64,000 nucleotides of DNA from assembly GCA_050575255.1 (NCBI GenBank), contig JBNZDD010013712.1, positions 8,396,852 to 8,460,851 on the forward strand, given 5' to 3'. Under the pieces are notes generated by a model. It was not told the DNA's origin, did no database searches, and worked only from the letters and a program-made list of their open reading frames with translations. This DNA comes from Harriotta raleighana (lineage: Eukaryota). Shown one piece after another: positions 63,890 through 64,000 of the stretch. A program made the position numbers and the translations under genes. Each line of letters begins with the position of its first letter. Positions within the stretch are counted from its first letter, which is position 1.

Positions 63890-64000
63890 GGAATCCTGTA
63901 GATGAATGGTTAGAGCACTCGCCTTACAAGCGAGAGACTTAGGTTCGATTCTAGGCAGGGCGAAATCTTGGGCAAGTTTCCTTACTCCACACATATCTTT
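63890..64000 (+). mobile_element. Deu-SINE head, running to the window end
   Basis: tggttagagcactcgccttacaagcgagagacttaggttcgattct...ttgggcaagtttccttactccacac. Confidence 0.88.

Noticed and set aside
1-64000. Prokaryotic defence or CRISPR system, or retron-like RT locus
   Set aside because: The RT motifs belong to eukaryotic non-LTR retrotransposons. There is no operon-like ORF density and no repeat-spacer array.

Overview
This is eukaryotic, AT-rich, repeat-dense non-coding DNA, either intronic or intergenic. The repeat content (CR1 and L2 LINEs, tRNA-headed Deu-domain SINEs with L2 tails, Penelope-like pLTR pieces) suggests a vertebrate, probably a cartilaginous fish such as a chimaera or shark; this is inference. 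I recognise no host protein-coding gene, rRNA, true tRNA gene or CRISPR array. The ORFs I can assign are retrotransposon fragments and the rest look like chance ORFs. Main contents: a near-complete but dead CR1 ORF2 (57.45-60.44 kb, minus strand), about 20 L2 fragments, about 15 SINEs, one L1/Tx1-type RT fragment and two pogo/Tigger-type MITEs. Several duplications flanking single Ns, including a 2.5 kb one, look like assembly artefacts. The most interesting signal is a Penelope-type minimal hammerhead ribozyme at about 1.19-1.31 kb whose catalytic core is split by an inverted arm and preceded by an unusual 89% GC hairpin. Other signals are a 107-bp local duplication inside a palindrome, several enhancer-like motif clusters and a few isolated exon-like segments. 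I found no evidence of a novel multi-gene system. Repeat boundaries are approximate because they were read by eye.
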